DNA of 47,550 bases from a virus. Lineage: Duplodnaviria > Heunggongvirae > Uroviricota > Caudoviricetes. Positions 10,439 to 20,593 of the stretch are shown here, piece after piece. The position numbers and the translations under genes are program-made. The stretch is taken from the IMG/VR virus record IMGVR_UViG_2534681704_000008. One strand, given 5' to 3'. The notes beneath the pieces were generated by a model. That model was not told the DNA's origin, did not search any database, and saw nothing but the letters and a program-made list of their open reading frames with translations. Every line of letters begins with the position of its first letter. Position 1 is the first letter of the stretch.

Positions 10439-13383
10439 TAGTAGTCTCCGTTTGCCTGGCGTGAAAGTCCGTATGTTGATTCCAGCGTTGATGACATGGG
10501 CCCGCCAGTCTCTACGTCCTGAATGAAAAGATCGACCACCTGATTTCCATTATCATTCCTTGTCCTGGTCTGAACGTCAGCGCCGGTGTAGTTATTCACG
10601 TTAACCACGACGCCACCGCTTCCAGATCCAGCTGAAGACATATCCTTATTGCTGATGACCCGTCCATTATCCCCTGGAATCATGTACTGCTTACCGGTAC
10701 TCGCCCGGTAAATCTCCGGCATACCGCCCTCACCCACCTGGTACATGGAGCCAGCCGATACCGGTCCGCCATTCTTGCGCTTCCCAGACAGTCCCTTTCC
10801 AACAGCCATGGCGGCCACCAGGGCCCCAAGACCTATCGCCACAGCACCGCCGAATGAGCCGATAGAGGCTACAAGCGCTGCTGGCGTCCATGCAGCAGTA
10901 GTTGTGGCGGCTGAAGCTGTGCTGGCGGCGGTAGTAGTGGCAAGGCTGGCCGTTTGCGCCGCAGTAGTGGTTGCAATCGCAGAGGTTTGCGCCGCAGCAC
11001 CCATCACAGCAGATTTAACCCAGTCGACTCCCATCTGAACGAAGCCGTTAATCAGGCTATTCAGCGCATTGCTGGCGAGAGATTGCATTGCCTCCTGAGC
11101 CGACATGCTGCCAGTCAGGATCCCGGTAAAGGCATTTGATGCATTGCCTGCGAGAGAGTCAAAGCTCGCTGCCAGCAACTCATTACCCATACTCTGCTTG
11201 CGGAAAATCTCCCACTGTGCAGCGATGCGCGCCTGCTCATATTGCGTGTCAGTTGCAGCACGCAATGCCATGGCGTTCTGGTGAGTAATCAGTCCCTGCT
11301 GCTCGTATGCCTGAATAAGCGCAAGTTTCCTGGCGTTCTCGTTAGCCAACTGCTGAACAGGGTCAACCCCGCCGACAGCCTCCTGATGTGGTGTTACGGC
11401 CTGTTGAGCCTGGATTTTCGCGAGGTTAGCCTGGTGCGTTGCCGCCAGTCGCTCTGAAGTCTGGTTGTACTGCTCCTGGCTGATTTTCTTCGCAGCCAGC
11501 GCCGTATCCAGATCCTCAACATCCTGTTTGTAGCTGGCGTTCTCAGCCGCTTCAGGTAGAAGCTTCTGCGCAGCAGCTTCAGCCTTAATGGCATTGGCAG
11601 TGTCCCATTTTTTAGCCGCATACTGACCAGCCAGAGCTATTTGCTCTTTGGTGGCACCTTTTCCAAGCGACTGCTGCGCAGCCAGGATGGCCTGCTCGCG
11701 GCTCAGCTTGTTCGTTGAGTCGGCGGCAAGTTCTGACTGCTGTTTGAGGTTCGCCAGCTTCTGGGCAATAGAATCAGCCTGGGAAGCTCCCTTCTTCTGC
11801 TCAGACTGAAGCGTCTTCTGCGCCTGCGTATTTTTGTACGTAGCAGCAGCATCATCTTCCATCTGTTTGGCGTGCGGATCATCCTTCGCAAACCCGGCAT
11901 CTTCGGCAGCGTATTGCGCCTGCAGCCGCGCGCGGGCCTCGCCCTGTAGTTTCGACAGGGCAAGGTTTCGCTCAGACTGCTTGATGAGGTTCTTCTGCCC
12001 GGCCGTGAGGTTGTCAGTGGACTTGTTCAGACTGTCGACGTTTATCTTCGCGTTGGCTGCTTCTCTAGCCAGATCTACAAGCTTACCTGCCAGTTCAGCA
12101 ATGGCTGACTGCCCATCTTTGGATGATGACTGCATTTCCTGGAGTTTTTTCGCCAGTTCCTGAAGTGCTTCCGGTGAAGGGTTATTGCTCAGGTCTGATA
12201 GTTCTCTTGCCAGATCAAACGCTGACTGTTTGCTGATGCCCAGGCGAGAAGAAAGCGTGCTGACCGTTGAAGATAAAGAGTTCACAATGCCAGAGGCATA
12301 TTGCCCCTGACTGTTGGCCTGCTGAATGGCCTGGCTCCAGTCAGTGGTGGTAACACCAAGCGCAGAAAGCTCATCGTTGAATTTCTTGATGCTTGGAGAC
12401 GCCCCGCCGACCGCCGCCAGTGCGCGATCGCCTAACGTGATGAAAGCATCAGACGCGTCACTTATGGCCTTCGGAATCTTTGAGATGGCCTGGTTATACT
12501 CGAGCAGCGCCTGATTTCGCAGCAAAGTAGCCACGTCGGCATTTACGCGCGCCAGGGCGGCATATTTGTCTGAAAGCGCGGCCACGCCTTGCGAGGAAAT
12601 GGTGATCACCTTATCCATCGTTTCAGCTGCGTCTTTCAGCGCATCCATGGCGTTCTTACCGCCATTCAGAGAAGTAATCAGCACACCAGCAAGGACTGAA
12701 CTAAAAGCGATTATGGCTCCAACCACGGCACCGCCAGGGCCAAATGCACCGGCAAGCTGTGAACCCTGCTGAGCGAACGCCACCAGCGCAGACTGCCCAC
12801 CCTGCACCTGTACGATGAAGTCCTGAACCTGGTATCCGGCCTGCTGCATGCTGGTTTTCCAGCTACCAGTACCCTTTGCGCCATTTTCAACGCCGGTCTT
12901 CATGTCATACAGGCGACCGGTCAATTCGCCGATCTTCTGCTTTTCTTCGTCTGTCGCTTTCGACCCGGCACGCAACTGAGCAGCCAGAACTGCGGCACTA
13001 CGCGCGCCATTCTCCTGCGCTTCGTCCAGCACAGCCAGCTGGTTACCCAGCGCCTCGATGATGGATTCCGCTCGACTGAATTCACTGCTCGCGCCGCCGG
13101 TACCGTTGCGGGCCTCTTCCATTGCGCGGGCAATTCCGCTCACGTTGGTGTTCAGCTTGCGTAGCTGGTTATCCATCGAGTTGGCATAACCAGCCAGTTC
13201 AGTAAACGCGGACCCGGTTTGAGACGTGCTCTGATCAAGATTATCCATTCCCTTACCGGACTGCTGGGCCGCAGCATCCAGTTTATCCAGAGCATCAATG
13301 GCCTGTTTCCCGCCCTGAAGCAGCGGCTCAACGTCGGCGCTGATTTCATAAACGATGCTACCGGCGTTCTTCTCACCTGCCAT
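10438..13383 (-). CDS. Tail tape measure protein
   Basis: 981 aa, Ala/Gln-rich coiled-coil composition, C-terminal ATTTAA-type repeats and Gly-rich hydrophobic segment. Confidence 0.85.
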   Translation of the reverse strand: MAGEKNAGSIVYEISADVEPLLQGGKQAIDALDKLDAAAQQSGKGMDNLDQSTSQTGSAFTELAGYANSMDNQLRKLNTNVSGIARAMEEARNGTGGASSEFSRAESIIEALGNQLAVLDEAQENGARSAAVLAAQLRAGSKATDEEKQKIGELTGRLYDMKTGVENGAKGTGSWKTSMQQAGYQVQDFIVQVQGGQSALVAFAQQGSQLAGAFGPGGAVVGAIIAFSSVLAGVLITSLNGGKNAMDALKDAAETMDKVITISSQGVAALSDKYAALARVNADVATLLRNQALLEYNQAISKIPKAISDASDAFITLGDRALAAVGGASPSIKKFNDELSALGVTTTDWSQAIQQANSQGQYASGIVNSLSSTVSTLSSRLGISKQSAFDLARELSDLSNNPSPEALQELAKKLQEMQSSSKDGQSAIAELAGKLVDLAREAANAKINVDSLNKSTDNLTAGQKNLIKQSERNLALSKLQGEARARLQAQYAAEDAGFAKDDPHAKQMEDDAAATYKNTQAQKTLQSEQKKGASQADSIAQKLANLKQQSELAADSTNKLSREQAILAAQQSLGKGATKEQIALAGQYAAKKWDTANAIKAEAAAQKLLPEAAENASYKQDVEDLDTALAAKKISQEQYNQTSERLAATHQANLAKIQAQQAVTPHQEAVGGVDPVQQLANENARKLALIQAYEQQGLITHQNAMALRAATDTQYEQARIAAQWEIFRKQSMGNELLAASFDSLAGNASNAFTGILTGSMSAQEAMQSLASNALNSLINGFVQMGVDWVKSAVMGAAAQTSAIATTTAAQTASLATTTAASTASAATTTAAWTPAALVASIGSFGGAVAIGLGALVAAMAVGKGLSGKRKNGGPVSAGSMYQVGEGGMPEIYRASTGKQYMIPGDNGRVISNKDMSSAGSGSGGVVVNVNNYTGADVQTRTRNDNGNQVVDLFIQDVETGGPMSSTLESTYGLSRQANGDY

Positions 13384-13498
13384 TAGTTTCTCCAGAAATA
13401 ATTTCGTTACTTATGGATTGTTTTATCCACAGTTTTAACTGATATTTGAAGGGCTACCGCCTGGATTTCGCGGGCCAACTCTTGAATGGATGACATAA

Positions 13499-13786
13499 AT
13501 GCAAACGAAGCTTATTGCAGAATTAAAGAGAATCGAGAATGGAATCATGAAAAATTCTGGACAGGATATTCCATATTCCCACCCTGCATACGATCAATTA
13601 ATTGATGACTTTTCAGCTCAAAATAAGTTATTCAAAGATGTTGATCCAAAGGATGTTGATTATGATGTTGCTTATAACTTAGTCACCGCTATCGATAATG
13701 AGCTTACCGCTCTACATGAGAACGAGGAGATAATGGGCACCTTTAAAGGCGACCTAAAACGTAGGCCTCCATTTAAGCGTTTATAG
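13499..13786 (+). CDS. Hypothetical protein, opposite-strand cargo gene inside the tail module
   Basis: 95 aa, AT-rich, opposite orientation to flanking tail genes. Confidence 0.4.
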   Translation: MQTKLIAELKRIENGIMKNSGQDIPYSHPAYDQLIDDFSAQNKLFKDVDPKDVDYDVAYNLVTAIDNELTALHENEEIMGTFKGDLKRRPPFKRL

Positions 13787-13803
13787 GTTTGATCTATATT
13801 CCA

Positions 13804-14469
13804 CTACTCTTGTCTTGCCCTCTTGGCTCTTCGGGCAAGATAAGCATCCGCTACAGCGTCGTACTCTTCTCTTGTAAATCCTTTCTGATCGGGATATTTC
13901 GCCGCCAACAGCATCTGAAATTCGGTCATCGTTAACTGAGAGGCTTCGGCGCGGTTCATTTCGAAGTGACTGCGCGCTGCACTGATATAGTCGAAGGCTT
14001 TAAATTCGTTCGTTCTGGCGCCTGTTTCGTGGCGCTGCAGCTGGCGAACCTTTGCCTTTCCGACGACACCGTGCTGCATAAGGTGCTGCGCCAGCACGAC
14101 GATGTCGTTCTTCGGCATCTGGCCCGGACGGTAGACTACGCAGTGTCGCCACCCCTTCCATTCTCCGATCATCGGTGTCAGGTCTTCATCGCAGCACGCC
14201 TGCAGCACCAGCATGCACGTTGATAACAGCTTCTCGGCAGCGCGGTTGAATGATGGGGCCAGCCAGGCAGGAAAACACCCCAGCGTGCCAGCGCACACCT
14301 CAATCAATTGAGCGACATCATTGCCGTGGATGGTGGCGTATGCCTGCACAATCTCTTCCGGGCTGCCGATCCTGGTCATAGCCTCGAATGAAGGCCTGAG
14401 CAGGAAGTCTTTCCCGCCTTCGCGGCTGTCGCTGATGGAGAGTTCGCCAATATCGGTTAAAGCGGTCAT
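13804..14469 (-). CDS. Putative tail assembly chaperone (position-based)
   Basis: 221 aa between the major tail and tape measure genes; no motif recognised. Confidence 0.4.
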   Translation of the reverse strand: MTALTDIGELSISDSREGGKDFLLRPSFEAMTRIGSPEEIVQAYATIHGNDVAQLIEVCAGTLGCFPAWLAPSFNRAAEKLLSTCMLVLQACCDEDLTPMIGEWKGWRHCVVYRPGQMPKNDIVVLAQHLMQHGVVGKAKVRQLQRHETGARTNEFKAFDYISAARSHFEMNRAEASQLTMTEFQMLLAAKYPDQKGFTREEYDAVADAYLARRAKRARQE

Positions 14470-14526
14470 AGGCCTTCCAGTAAACAGTCATTATCAAGGG
14501 CAGCACGCCGCCCTTTGGAATGTCCG

Positions 14527-15270
14527 TTAGGTAACGGTAACCGTATGCACGGCCACAAAGTTGCCGTCTTCGGTGTTGATGATGATCTGCGCGCTGCCGG
14601 TGGCGACACGCGTCACGGTAACGGTGTTGCCGGATACCGTGGCCGTTGCTTTTGTCGCATCGGTAGTCGCTACAGTGAAGTCTTTGTTGGTTGCGCCGGT
14701 TGGTGCGATATTCACCGTGAAGGTGCTGGTACCGCCCGCCGTACCGGTGCTGGTTGTCGGAATTACCGTCACGCCAGTCACCGCAACAGCAGTGATTTCG
14801 TTCACTTCGATGGTGCTTGCGTCGCCGACTTTGAACTCGGTAGAGAACGTGACGATGTCATTTGTGCCGCCGTCAGAGCTCAGCGCGGTGATGTTCATGT
14901 AGCCGATGAATTCAACCGGGCCGTAGTCCATGCGCACCCAGATCCCAGGCTGGCGCTTGGACTTCAGCTCGTCAGCAAAATACTTGATGAACTTGCCGAC
15001 ACCGTACTGATCCAGCTTATCCTTCTTGCGCACCTCGCCTTCAAAGCTCAGCGTGAAGTCACTGTTGGTGATGATGGTCTCGACATAGCCGCCGCCGTCA
15101 TCCGCATCAGAGGTTACCGAGTTCGGGTTGAAGTCGAAGCCTTTCGACGTACCAGCAGCCAGCGCCTTCCACTCAGATTCGAGTGGTTTAACATCCGGGC
15201 AGCCATCGGCGACTTCCAGCACGACCGCACCGCCGAACAGGCGCTCGTTCGAGTTCTGGCAATTAGCCAT
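14527..15270 (-). CDS. Major tail protein with C-terminal Ig-like domain (lambda V-like)
   Basis: 247 aa; C-terminal Thr/Val-rich Ig-like repeat (TAVAVTGVTV...TVTVT). Confidence 0.7.
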   Translation of the reverse strand: MANCQNSNERLFGGAVVLEVADGCPDVKPLESEWKALAAGTSKGFDFNPNSVTSDADDGGGYVETIITNSDFTLSFEGEVRKKDKLDQYGVGKFIKYFADELKSKRQPGIWVRMDYGPVEFIGYMNITALSSDGGTNDIVTFSTEFKVGDASTIEVNEITAVAVTGVTVIPTTSTGTAGGTSTFTVNIAPTGATNKDFTVATTDATKATATVSGNTVTVTRVATGSAQIIINTEDGNFVAVHTVTVT

Positions 15271-15288
15271 GTGAAACTCCTCTTTGAC

Positions 15289-15317
15289 GTATAAAAAAGA
15301 AAACCCGCCAGAGCGGG
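15289..15317 (-). terminator. Hairpin plus T-run just upstream of the major tail gene
   Basis: cccgc-caga-gcggg stem followed on the minus strand by ttttcttttttat. Confidence 0.45.
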
Positions 15318-15334
15318 TTGTTGGGTTGGGATGG

Positions 15335-15718
15335 CTATTCGCCGTAAGTGCAGGCGAACTGGAGTCGGAAGACTATTCGCCCTTCTTCTGTGAGCACTGG
15401 CGCGGGAATTGCGCCCATGTTCTGGATGTAGCCGACGCACTCGTCAGCCATGGGGTTTGCCTGGACGTAATCGACGATGCGCTGCACGGCGTTGAGCGCG
15501 TCTTTGCGCTTATCCTTCGCGCCTACGACGTCTACCAGGACGTGATACTCAGAGCCGAGGTTAGTGCGGATATTTGAGCCGCCGTTTGGCCTGAACACCA
15601 TGATCGCCTTCGATAGGTCTTTCGGGTCGTCGTACATCAACTGCTGTACCGTGAAGCCAGTCGTCAGCCCGGCATCGCCAAACATGTTGCGCACCCGTTC
15701 GTGCATCATGGGTGTCAT
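15335..15718 (-). CDS. Tail terminator / tail completion protein
   Basis: 127 aa, position upstream of the major tail gene; overlapping stop/start with neighbour. Confidence 0.5.
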   Translation of the reverse strand: MTPMMHERVRNMFGDAGLTTGFTVQQLMYDDPKDLSKAIMVFRPNGGSNIRTNLGSEYHVLVDVVGAKDKRKDALNAVQRIVDYVQANPMADECVGYIQNMGAIPAPVLTEEGRIVFRLQFACTYGE

Positions 15719-16179
15719 AACGAAAGCTCCTTGCGCATCACAGCATCAACGCTATCGCGCTCGTCATTCGCGCCTTTAGTCAGGAATTGCGGCTCACCAT
15801 GGGGATCCCAGTAGTTGCCCGTTCCAGTCCCGCCGCCGAACTCTTTCGGCTTCTGCGGGCCGAACTCAGACCGGTTACTGGTCACGCCGAAGTGCGCGCG
15901 CGGCTGGCCCTTCAGCTTTCCTGACGCTTCGTGCACGTACGCGGCATAGTTGGCTGAGTAACCGATGCGCCCGGTGATGAGAACCCCGCCAGCGTCGATT
16001 TCGCGGAACTGGCTATTAATCAGAGTTGAGGTGTCGATCGGGGTGTAATATGCCGCCCGGGTACCGATAAGCATCATCGCTGACTGCAACGCGCGGATTA
16101 CCTTGCGCCCCTTAACGTTGTTGATGACATCGTTCAGGTGCTTCTTCGCCTGGCTGATGCCCTTCACTTTGATGCCCAT
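15715..16179 (-). CDS. Head-tail joining protein
   Basis: 154 aa, position and size; resemblance to HK97 gp10-type proteins is by recollection only. Confidence 0.5.
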   Translation of the reverse strand: MGIKVKGISQAKKHLNDVINNVKGRKVIRALQSAMMLIGTRAAYYTPIDTSTLINSQFREIDAGGVLITGRIGYSANYAAYVHEASGKLKGQPRAHFGVTSNRSEFGPQKPKEFGGGTGTGNYWDPHGEPQFLTKGANDERDSVDAVMRKELSL

Positions 16180-16181
16180 GG

Positions 16182-16538
16182 CTATACTCCAGTAATTATC
16201 GCCCAGTCATCTTCCAGACCGTCGAGAGTGTCGTTCCAGCGCGTCACGTGGCGAACCTCATCGGCACCAGCTACGACCGGATCCGGCTCAACGCTCTCAC
16301 CAATCAGGATGTAATCGCCCTCATCGGCCAGCGCATAAGCTGTAAAGAAGGTGTTTTTTACGACAACCTCTTTACCGATTGATCCGAGCTTTGCTGACAG
16401 GCCGCCGATGTAGTCGCACATGATGGTTTCAGGCGGCTCGTATGGGTCGACAGGATCGCCCCACTCGTCATTACCGCCTGCGCCCTTGCGCCATATCGTG
16501 CACGGCTTGTTGTATGACCATGAAGCAGTAGACGACAT
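16182..16538 (-). CDS. Head-tail connector module protein
   Basis: 118 aa from MSSTASW (ATG at 16538 with GGAAGGAGGG RBS); the longer ORF-track start at 16604 is GTG without RBS. Confidence 0.5.
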   Translation of the reverse strand: MSSTASWSYNKPCTIWRKGAGGNDEWGDPVDPYEPPETIMCDYIGGLSAKLGSIGKEVVVKNTFFTAYALADEGDYILIGESVEPDPVVAGADEVRHVTRWNDTLDGLEDDWAIITGV

Positions 16539-16711
16539 CAGCCCTCCTTCCAACGCAGCACCTTCGCGCCAGTCGCCCGGATGCGCGGGCAGTTGATGAA
16601 CCACTCGCCATCCGATTTCACGTAGCCGGTAGTCTCCCGCCCGGTGTCGGTCATCACCCAGACGCGGGTGAACGAATGCGGCAGTCCGTGCTTAACTGAT
16701 TTGTACGTCAT
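16538..16711 (-). CDS. Small hypothetical protein absent from the ORF track
   Basis: 57 aa (MTYKSVKHGLPHSF...); ATGA overlap with the upstream gene stop and TGATG overlap with the downstream start. Confidence 0.45.
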   Translation of the reverse strand: MTYKSVKHGLPHSFTRVWVMTDTGRETTGYVKSDGEWFINCPRIRATGAKVLRWKEG

Positions 16712-17091
16712 CAGCATCCCCCGACCACCATGAACAGGCCGACGCTGTTACCGGCGCTGATAGGCAGTTCACCAGTGCAACCGCTGGTATCAAGCCGGGC
16801 CAGCGAGTCGCGCAGCCAGGTAATGCTGTCGTCGCCATATTCAAACGAGCGGGAAGCGCCAGACGGCGCACCCTGCGATTTGATGCGGCGCGCGCCGGAC
16901 GACGTAGCCATAAGCGAGGCGGCGTACATCAGGATCAGCTTCGCGGTGCAGTCGTCATAACCCGCGCCATCTAGGCACGGGATAATCTTGTTCACCACGC
17001 AGAGGATCGGCGTAAGCAAGGCATCAGGTATGGCGTACCCCAACTCAGCGAGGAAGCCTTTAATTTCTTCTGGCGTAAGCGGGGTTGCCAT
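16711..17091 (-). CDS. Head-tail adaptor / head completion protein
   Basis: 126 aa, position after the capsid genes. Confidence 0.5.
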   Translation of the reverse strand: MATPLTPEEIKGFLAELGYAIPDALLTPILCVVNKIIPCLDGAGYDDCTAKLILMYAASLMATSSGARRIKSQGAPSGASRSFEYGDDSITWLRDSLARLDTSGCTGELPISAGNSVGLFMVVGGC

Positions 17092-17093
17092 GG

Positions 17094-17417
17094 TTATTTC
17101 ACCTTTTTCTTCAGCTCGTCGATTTGTTTATGAGCCTCGTCGAGGTCAGCCTGCAGCTTTGCGTTGTCAGCGGTCAGCGACTCAACTTTGCCATTGGCCT
17201 CGTCGAGGTCAGCCTGCAACTTTTGCACGTCGGCAGGTGTCGCCACTTCCAGGACCTGGTCGCTTACCGGGATCGCTTTTCCTGCCAGCCACAGCGGGAG
17301 AGTCTCGCCTTTGTAGACTTCACCCTTTTTCAGTTCGTGGCTGTCGTGGGTGAGCAGCCAATTTTGTTCTTTACCAGCCATACGGCCTCCGGAAAAAAGA
17401 TGGGGCCTGAGCCCCAT
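17094..17417 (-). CDS. Hypothetical head protein with internal repeat
   Basis: 107 aa; KLQADLDEA occurs twice, encoded by a 22-bp direct repeat; GGAGG RBS. Confidence 0.5.
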   Translation of the reverse strand: MGLRPHLFSGGRMAGKEQNWLLTHDSHELKKGEVYKGETLPLWLAGKAIPVSDQVLEVATPADVQKLQADLDEANGKVESLTADNAKLQADLDEAHKQIDELKKKVK

Positions 17418-17426
17418 GAATTATGC
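17399..17426 (-). terminator. Intrinsic terminator/attenuator after the major capsid gene
   Basis: atggggc-ctga-gccccat hairpin followed on the minus strand by cttttttcc. Confidence 0.55.
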
Positions 17427-18452
17427 TTTGGTCAGCTGGGCGTAACCGGCCTGGCCATTCGCGTCGTGTTTGAACTGCGGCGCCGCAGCAGCCAGCACGG
17501 AGAAGACATAATCGTCTTCCGGATTCTGGCGAGCTTTCGGGCGCATGGTCATCGGCATGCCGTTGAGGATCTGCACAACGTCAGGACGCTTAACCACACC
17601 CAGCAGTTCGTTTTGCGGTACCTTCGAAGCCGGAACCAGCGCCGCAACACCAGGGATTTCCATGATGCGGGACAGGATGGTCTTCGGATAGTTTGCCGCG
17701 TAGTCGTTCACAGACGCGTAGAACCAGTCTTTGTAATTCACGTAGATGGTTACCGGGCCGTAGAAATTCTTGGACTGCAGCAGCCCAATCAGCGCGGAGA
17801 TGGCCCCGACCCACTGAGCGCCGGTTGCGCCGTTCAGGTCAAGACCATGCGTGCCGGTTGCGCGGTTTGGCGCAGTGCGCAGACCGTAAATGGTCGCGCC
17901 CCCGACGTTGATGTTTGGATCGCCGTTAAGCACCATGTCTTCCAGCTTCTCAGCCACTTTACGCTGATGGTTGGAGATGGCGTCGCTGTCCAGAGAGTAG
18001 CCTTCAGTCTGCGCTGCCAGCATCTGGCGCCAGCCAAAAGTCAGTTCACTGTCGATGATAGGCAGCGGCGTGCCTTCGTAATCCATGACAGGCTGATCGC
18101 CCTTCGCCTTGCCGCGGCCATCCAGGCTGATGTTTGCATCACCGGAATCTGACAGAGTCATGAAGTAGTGAACGATCTTACCGAGTGCCATCGGGCGGGA
18201 AACGCTGGCGGCCAGGTCGTTAAACACTGACAGCACGTCGCGCTGAACGGTAATCGCAGAGCGGTCCCATTCCCCCCAGACATCTTTCGGCAGCACGGAG
18301 GCGTTACCGACGAGGTCATCAAACGCAATGAACTGACCGCCAGCGTCGTTGACTGCAAAGCCATGCTGTGCAGCCATATTGCGCTGCATCATGTCCCAGC
18401 GACGGCGCGCGTTGATGATCAGCCCCTGCTGTTGTGGAGTAAACTTTAACAT
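17421..18452 (-). CDS. Major capsid protein
   Basis: 343 aa, AAGGAAA RBS, position between decoration-like and connector genes. Confidence 0.7.
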   Translation of the reverse strand: MLKFTPQQQGLIINARRRWDMMQRNMAAQHGFAVNDAGGQFIAFDDLVGNASVLPKDVWGEWDRSAITVQRDVLSVFNDLAASVSRPMALGKIVHYFMTLSDSGDANISLDGRGKAKGDQPVMDYEGTPLPIIDSELTFGWRQMLAAQTEGYSLDSDAISNHQRKVAEKLEDMVLNGDPNINVGGATIYGLRTAPNRATGTHGLDLNGATGAQWVGAISALIGLLQSKNFYGPVTIYVNYKDWFYASVNDYAANYPKTILSRIMEIPGVAALVPASKVPQNELLGVVKRPDVVQILNGMPMTMRPKARQNPEDDYVFSVLAAAAPQFKHDANGQAGYAQLTKA

Positions 18453-18463
18453 TCTTGTTTTCC

Positions 18464-18898
18464 TTATGCCTTGGCGTACGGAGTGGAGAGGATCACCACG
18501 TCGGCGAAACCTTCCGCCGCCAGAGTGCGCCCTGCTTTTTCGTCGAACGTAGCGACGACCTGGTTGCCTGTTGCGGCCGCTTTGAATACGCCGCCGGTAC
18601 CGATTGTCAGCTCTTGGCCTACCGTATAGGCCGCCGCTGCCAGGCGAACGTTGTATTCCTGCTCACCTTCAACGCGGTACGCCACGCCGGTTTCATTGGC
18701 TGCGTATGCGGTGGTGATTGCCTGGCCGATGAAACGACGGTTTCCGAGGATGAGCCAGCGGCCGGTAGTATCAGCGGCTGCTGCGAGCTTGCCTGATGCA
18801 ACCTTCACTGCCACGCCAGGGTTAAGCGCCGCAGCCACAGGCAGGTTGATGGTTTCCGGCTCACGCTCGACCGGGCCACGATAGATGACGTTAGCCAT
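18464..18898 (-). CDS. Head decoration-like protein
   Basis: 145 aa from MANVIYRGP (AGGAGA RBS); Ala/Gly/Thr-rich; between scaffold/protease and capsid genes. Confidence 0.45.
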   Translation of the reverse strand: MANVIYRGPVEREPETINLPVAAALNPGVAVKVASGKLAAAADTTGRWLILGNRRFIGQAITTAYAANETGVAYRVEGEQEYNVRLAAAAYTVGQELTIGTGGVFKAAATGNQVVATFDEKAGRTLAAEGFADVVILSTPYAKA

Positions 18899-20292
18899 TA
18901 TTTTTTCTCCTGATCGATGCCAGCGTTGAGGTCGTAGTCTTTCCACTGGTCGTTTTCAGAATTGACCAACTGGAATGATGGATTCAGCGGAGTGCTGGTC
19001 TGGCACTGTGAATACATGTCGTTCAGCGCTTCGCCTGAAAGCGAGTTGATCGCTGCTTCGGTCATGAACGAGAATTTCGCTTTAACAGCGTCACGTTTGG
19101 TTTTCAGGTCGCTCTCAGCGTTCGCCTGCAGTTGGGTTTCCAGCTTGCCCAACTTTTCATTCAGCGGGGTGAGTGCCGCATTAACGGCCGCGGTGATCAC
19201 GTCAGAGTTAATTTGAGCCTGGCCCGGGTCGCCGCCCCCCTCTTTCTTCTGCATCTGCTGGTTGTAGGCATCCCAGACCTGATCGTCGGTCAGCCCCTCG
19301 GTTTTAACGCCTGCGGCATTGAGCGCGGCGATCATCTTCTCTTTCATCGGGTTTGTTTCTCCGTTGGTTTTGACTTCGTACTCAGTTGGTTTGCGCACGA
19401 CTTCTACTGGATCGCCGACAAGCGTTACGACCTTGTCAGAGATGAGGTACTTCTGGTCAAAGAGCTTCGGCTTGGCATTTTCGCCATCCTCTTCGTAAAC
19501 GAAATGGTCAGGCCAGACGCTGACGACATAGCGCCACTTTTTGTCGTCCTGCTTGATGGACATGCGCAGCGCCTGGTAGATGTCGTCGAAGGACATCTCT
19601 GAGGCGTTGCTGATGAAGAACTTCACTTTGTTCCACCAGCCGTCTTTCATGCTGTTGGCGGCATCGATGAGGCTCGTCGATTCAACATCAGCCTCCTGCC
19701 CGTCAGCGTTGACGAACATGCCGACGCCTTCATCAGGAGTACCGGCGCCAGGCTCGTCGAGCAGGATCGCGATGTGGTCGAACTGCATGTTGTGAGCGAC
19801 CCAGGAGTATTTCTTCTGCTTCGACTCACCTGCCTTTTGCTCTTTGTTCAGCAGCAGACCTGTAGAAACATGAATCGGGTCGGCGTTGTTTCCGGAAATC
19901 ATGTCGTCCAGGCGCTGAATAAGGCGCTTACCGTCAGGCTTGGTGTCAGCCACAGCCTTATTGACGTAAACGTCCATCACGACCTTGTCGTTGGCCTTGC
20001 TGACGTTCTGAGCCCACGCTCCGGCGTAGTAATCATTGACAGCCTGCGGGTCGTTGGCGCTGACGTATTTGCCGTTCACCATCGGGTGGCCGATCGGCAT
20101 TAACTTGCGCTCCATCGTCTGGTAGCTGTTGTTAATCTCCTCCGCCGGGTACAGGCCGCCATTCATCACGATGTCATCGACGATCGGGACCGCACCACGA
20201 ATGACGTAGTGTTCCTGGCCGTTGATTGTGGTCGTTGAGATGTTGGAAGCGTTGATGGCGAGGGATTTAACGTGGATGCTGGATAGCTTCAC
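18898..20292 (-). CDS. Prohead protease / scaffolding-like protein
   Basis: 464 aa, GTG start with GAGGA RBS; acidic C-terminal coiled-coil region typical of scaffolds. Confidence 0.45.
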   Translation of the reverse strand: MKLSSIHVKSLAINASNISTTTINGQEHYVIRGAVPIVDDIVMNGGLYPAEEINNSYQTMERKLMPIGHPMVNGKYVSANDPQAVNDYYAGAWAQNVSKANDKVVMDVYVNKAVADTKPDGKRLIQRLDDMISGNNADPIHVSTGLLLNKEQKAGESKQKKYSWVAHNMQFDHIAILLDEPGAGTPDEGVGMFVNADGQEADVESTSLIDAANSMKDGWWNKVKFFISNASEMSFDDIYQALRMSIKQDDKKWRYVVSVWPDHFVYEEDGENAKPKLFDQKYLISDKVVTLVGDPVEVVRKPTEYEVKTNGETNPMKEKMIAALNAAGVKTEGLTDDQVWDAYNQQMQKKEGGGDPGQAQINSDVITAAVNAALTPLNEKLGKLETQLQANAESDLKTKRDAVKAKFSFMTEAAINSLSGEALNDMYSQCQTSTPLNPSFQLVNSENDQWKDYDLNAGIDQEKK

Positions 20293-20351
20293 GTTGCGTC
20301 CTCATTGGTGGATTTCAGGCAATAAAAAAGGCCGCCGTGGCGACCTTGTTA

Positions 20352-20540
20352 TTATTTTTTAAAGCTTACTAGTTCAATCCCTTCTTTGGGGTATCGTTTC
20401 TTTAATTCAGCAATTAATGCTGATTCGGTGTCACCGTTAATCGTCAGAAAAGCTATGTGCGTTCGGTACTTAGCTTTAGTGACTGGCTGCACTCTATCAA
20501 AGCGAATATCTTTAAATTTTGATTGCATGTCATTTTCCAT
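20352..20540 (-). CDS. Small hypothetical protein in an AT-rich insert
   Basis: 62 aa ORF in an AT-rich segment; no convincing RBS. Confidence 0.3.
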   Translation of the reverse strand: MENDMQSKFKDIRFDRVQPVTKAKYRTHIAFLTINGDTESALIAELKKRYPKEGIELVSFKK

Positions 20541-20593
20541 TTAATTAAGGAGTCGTTAATTAATAACGGCAAAAATAACATGAACTTTATTGA

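Noticed and set aside
10745-13376. Multiple 60-110-aa ORFs on the plus strand inside the tape measure gene (10745-11038, 11834-12163 and others)
   Set aside because: They are antisense to a long, well-supported coding region, low-complexity (Ala/Ser/Arg-rich) and lack RBSs; typical GC-rich antisense artefacts.
14515-15294. 259-aa plus-strand ORF
   Set aside because: Fully antisense to the major tail protein gene; Arg/Gly/Cys-rich translation with no motifs.
16182-16604. ORF-track 140-aa version of the connector gene
   Set aside because: It starts at a GTG without RBS and would overlap the tiled 57-aa gene; the ATG at 16538 with a strong RBS is preferred.
17085-18152. 355-aa plus-strand ORF
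   Set aside because: Antisense to the major capsid and 107-aa head genes; Arg/Cys-rich artefact.
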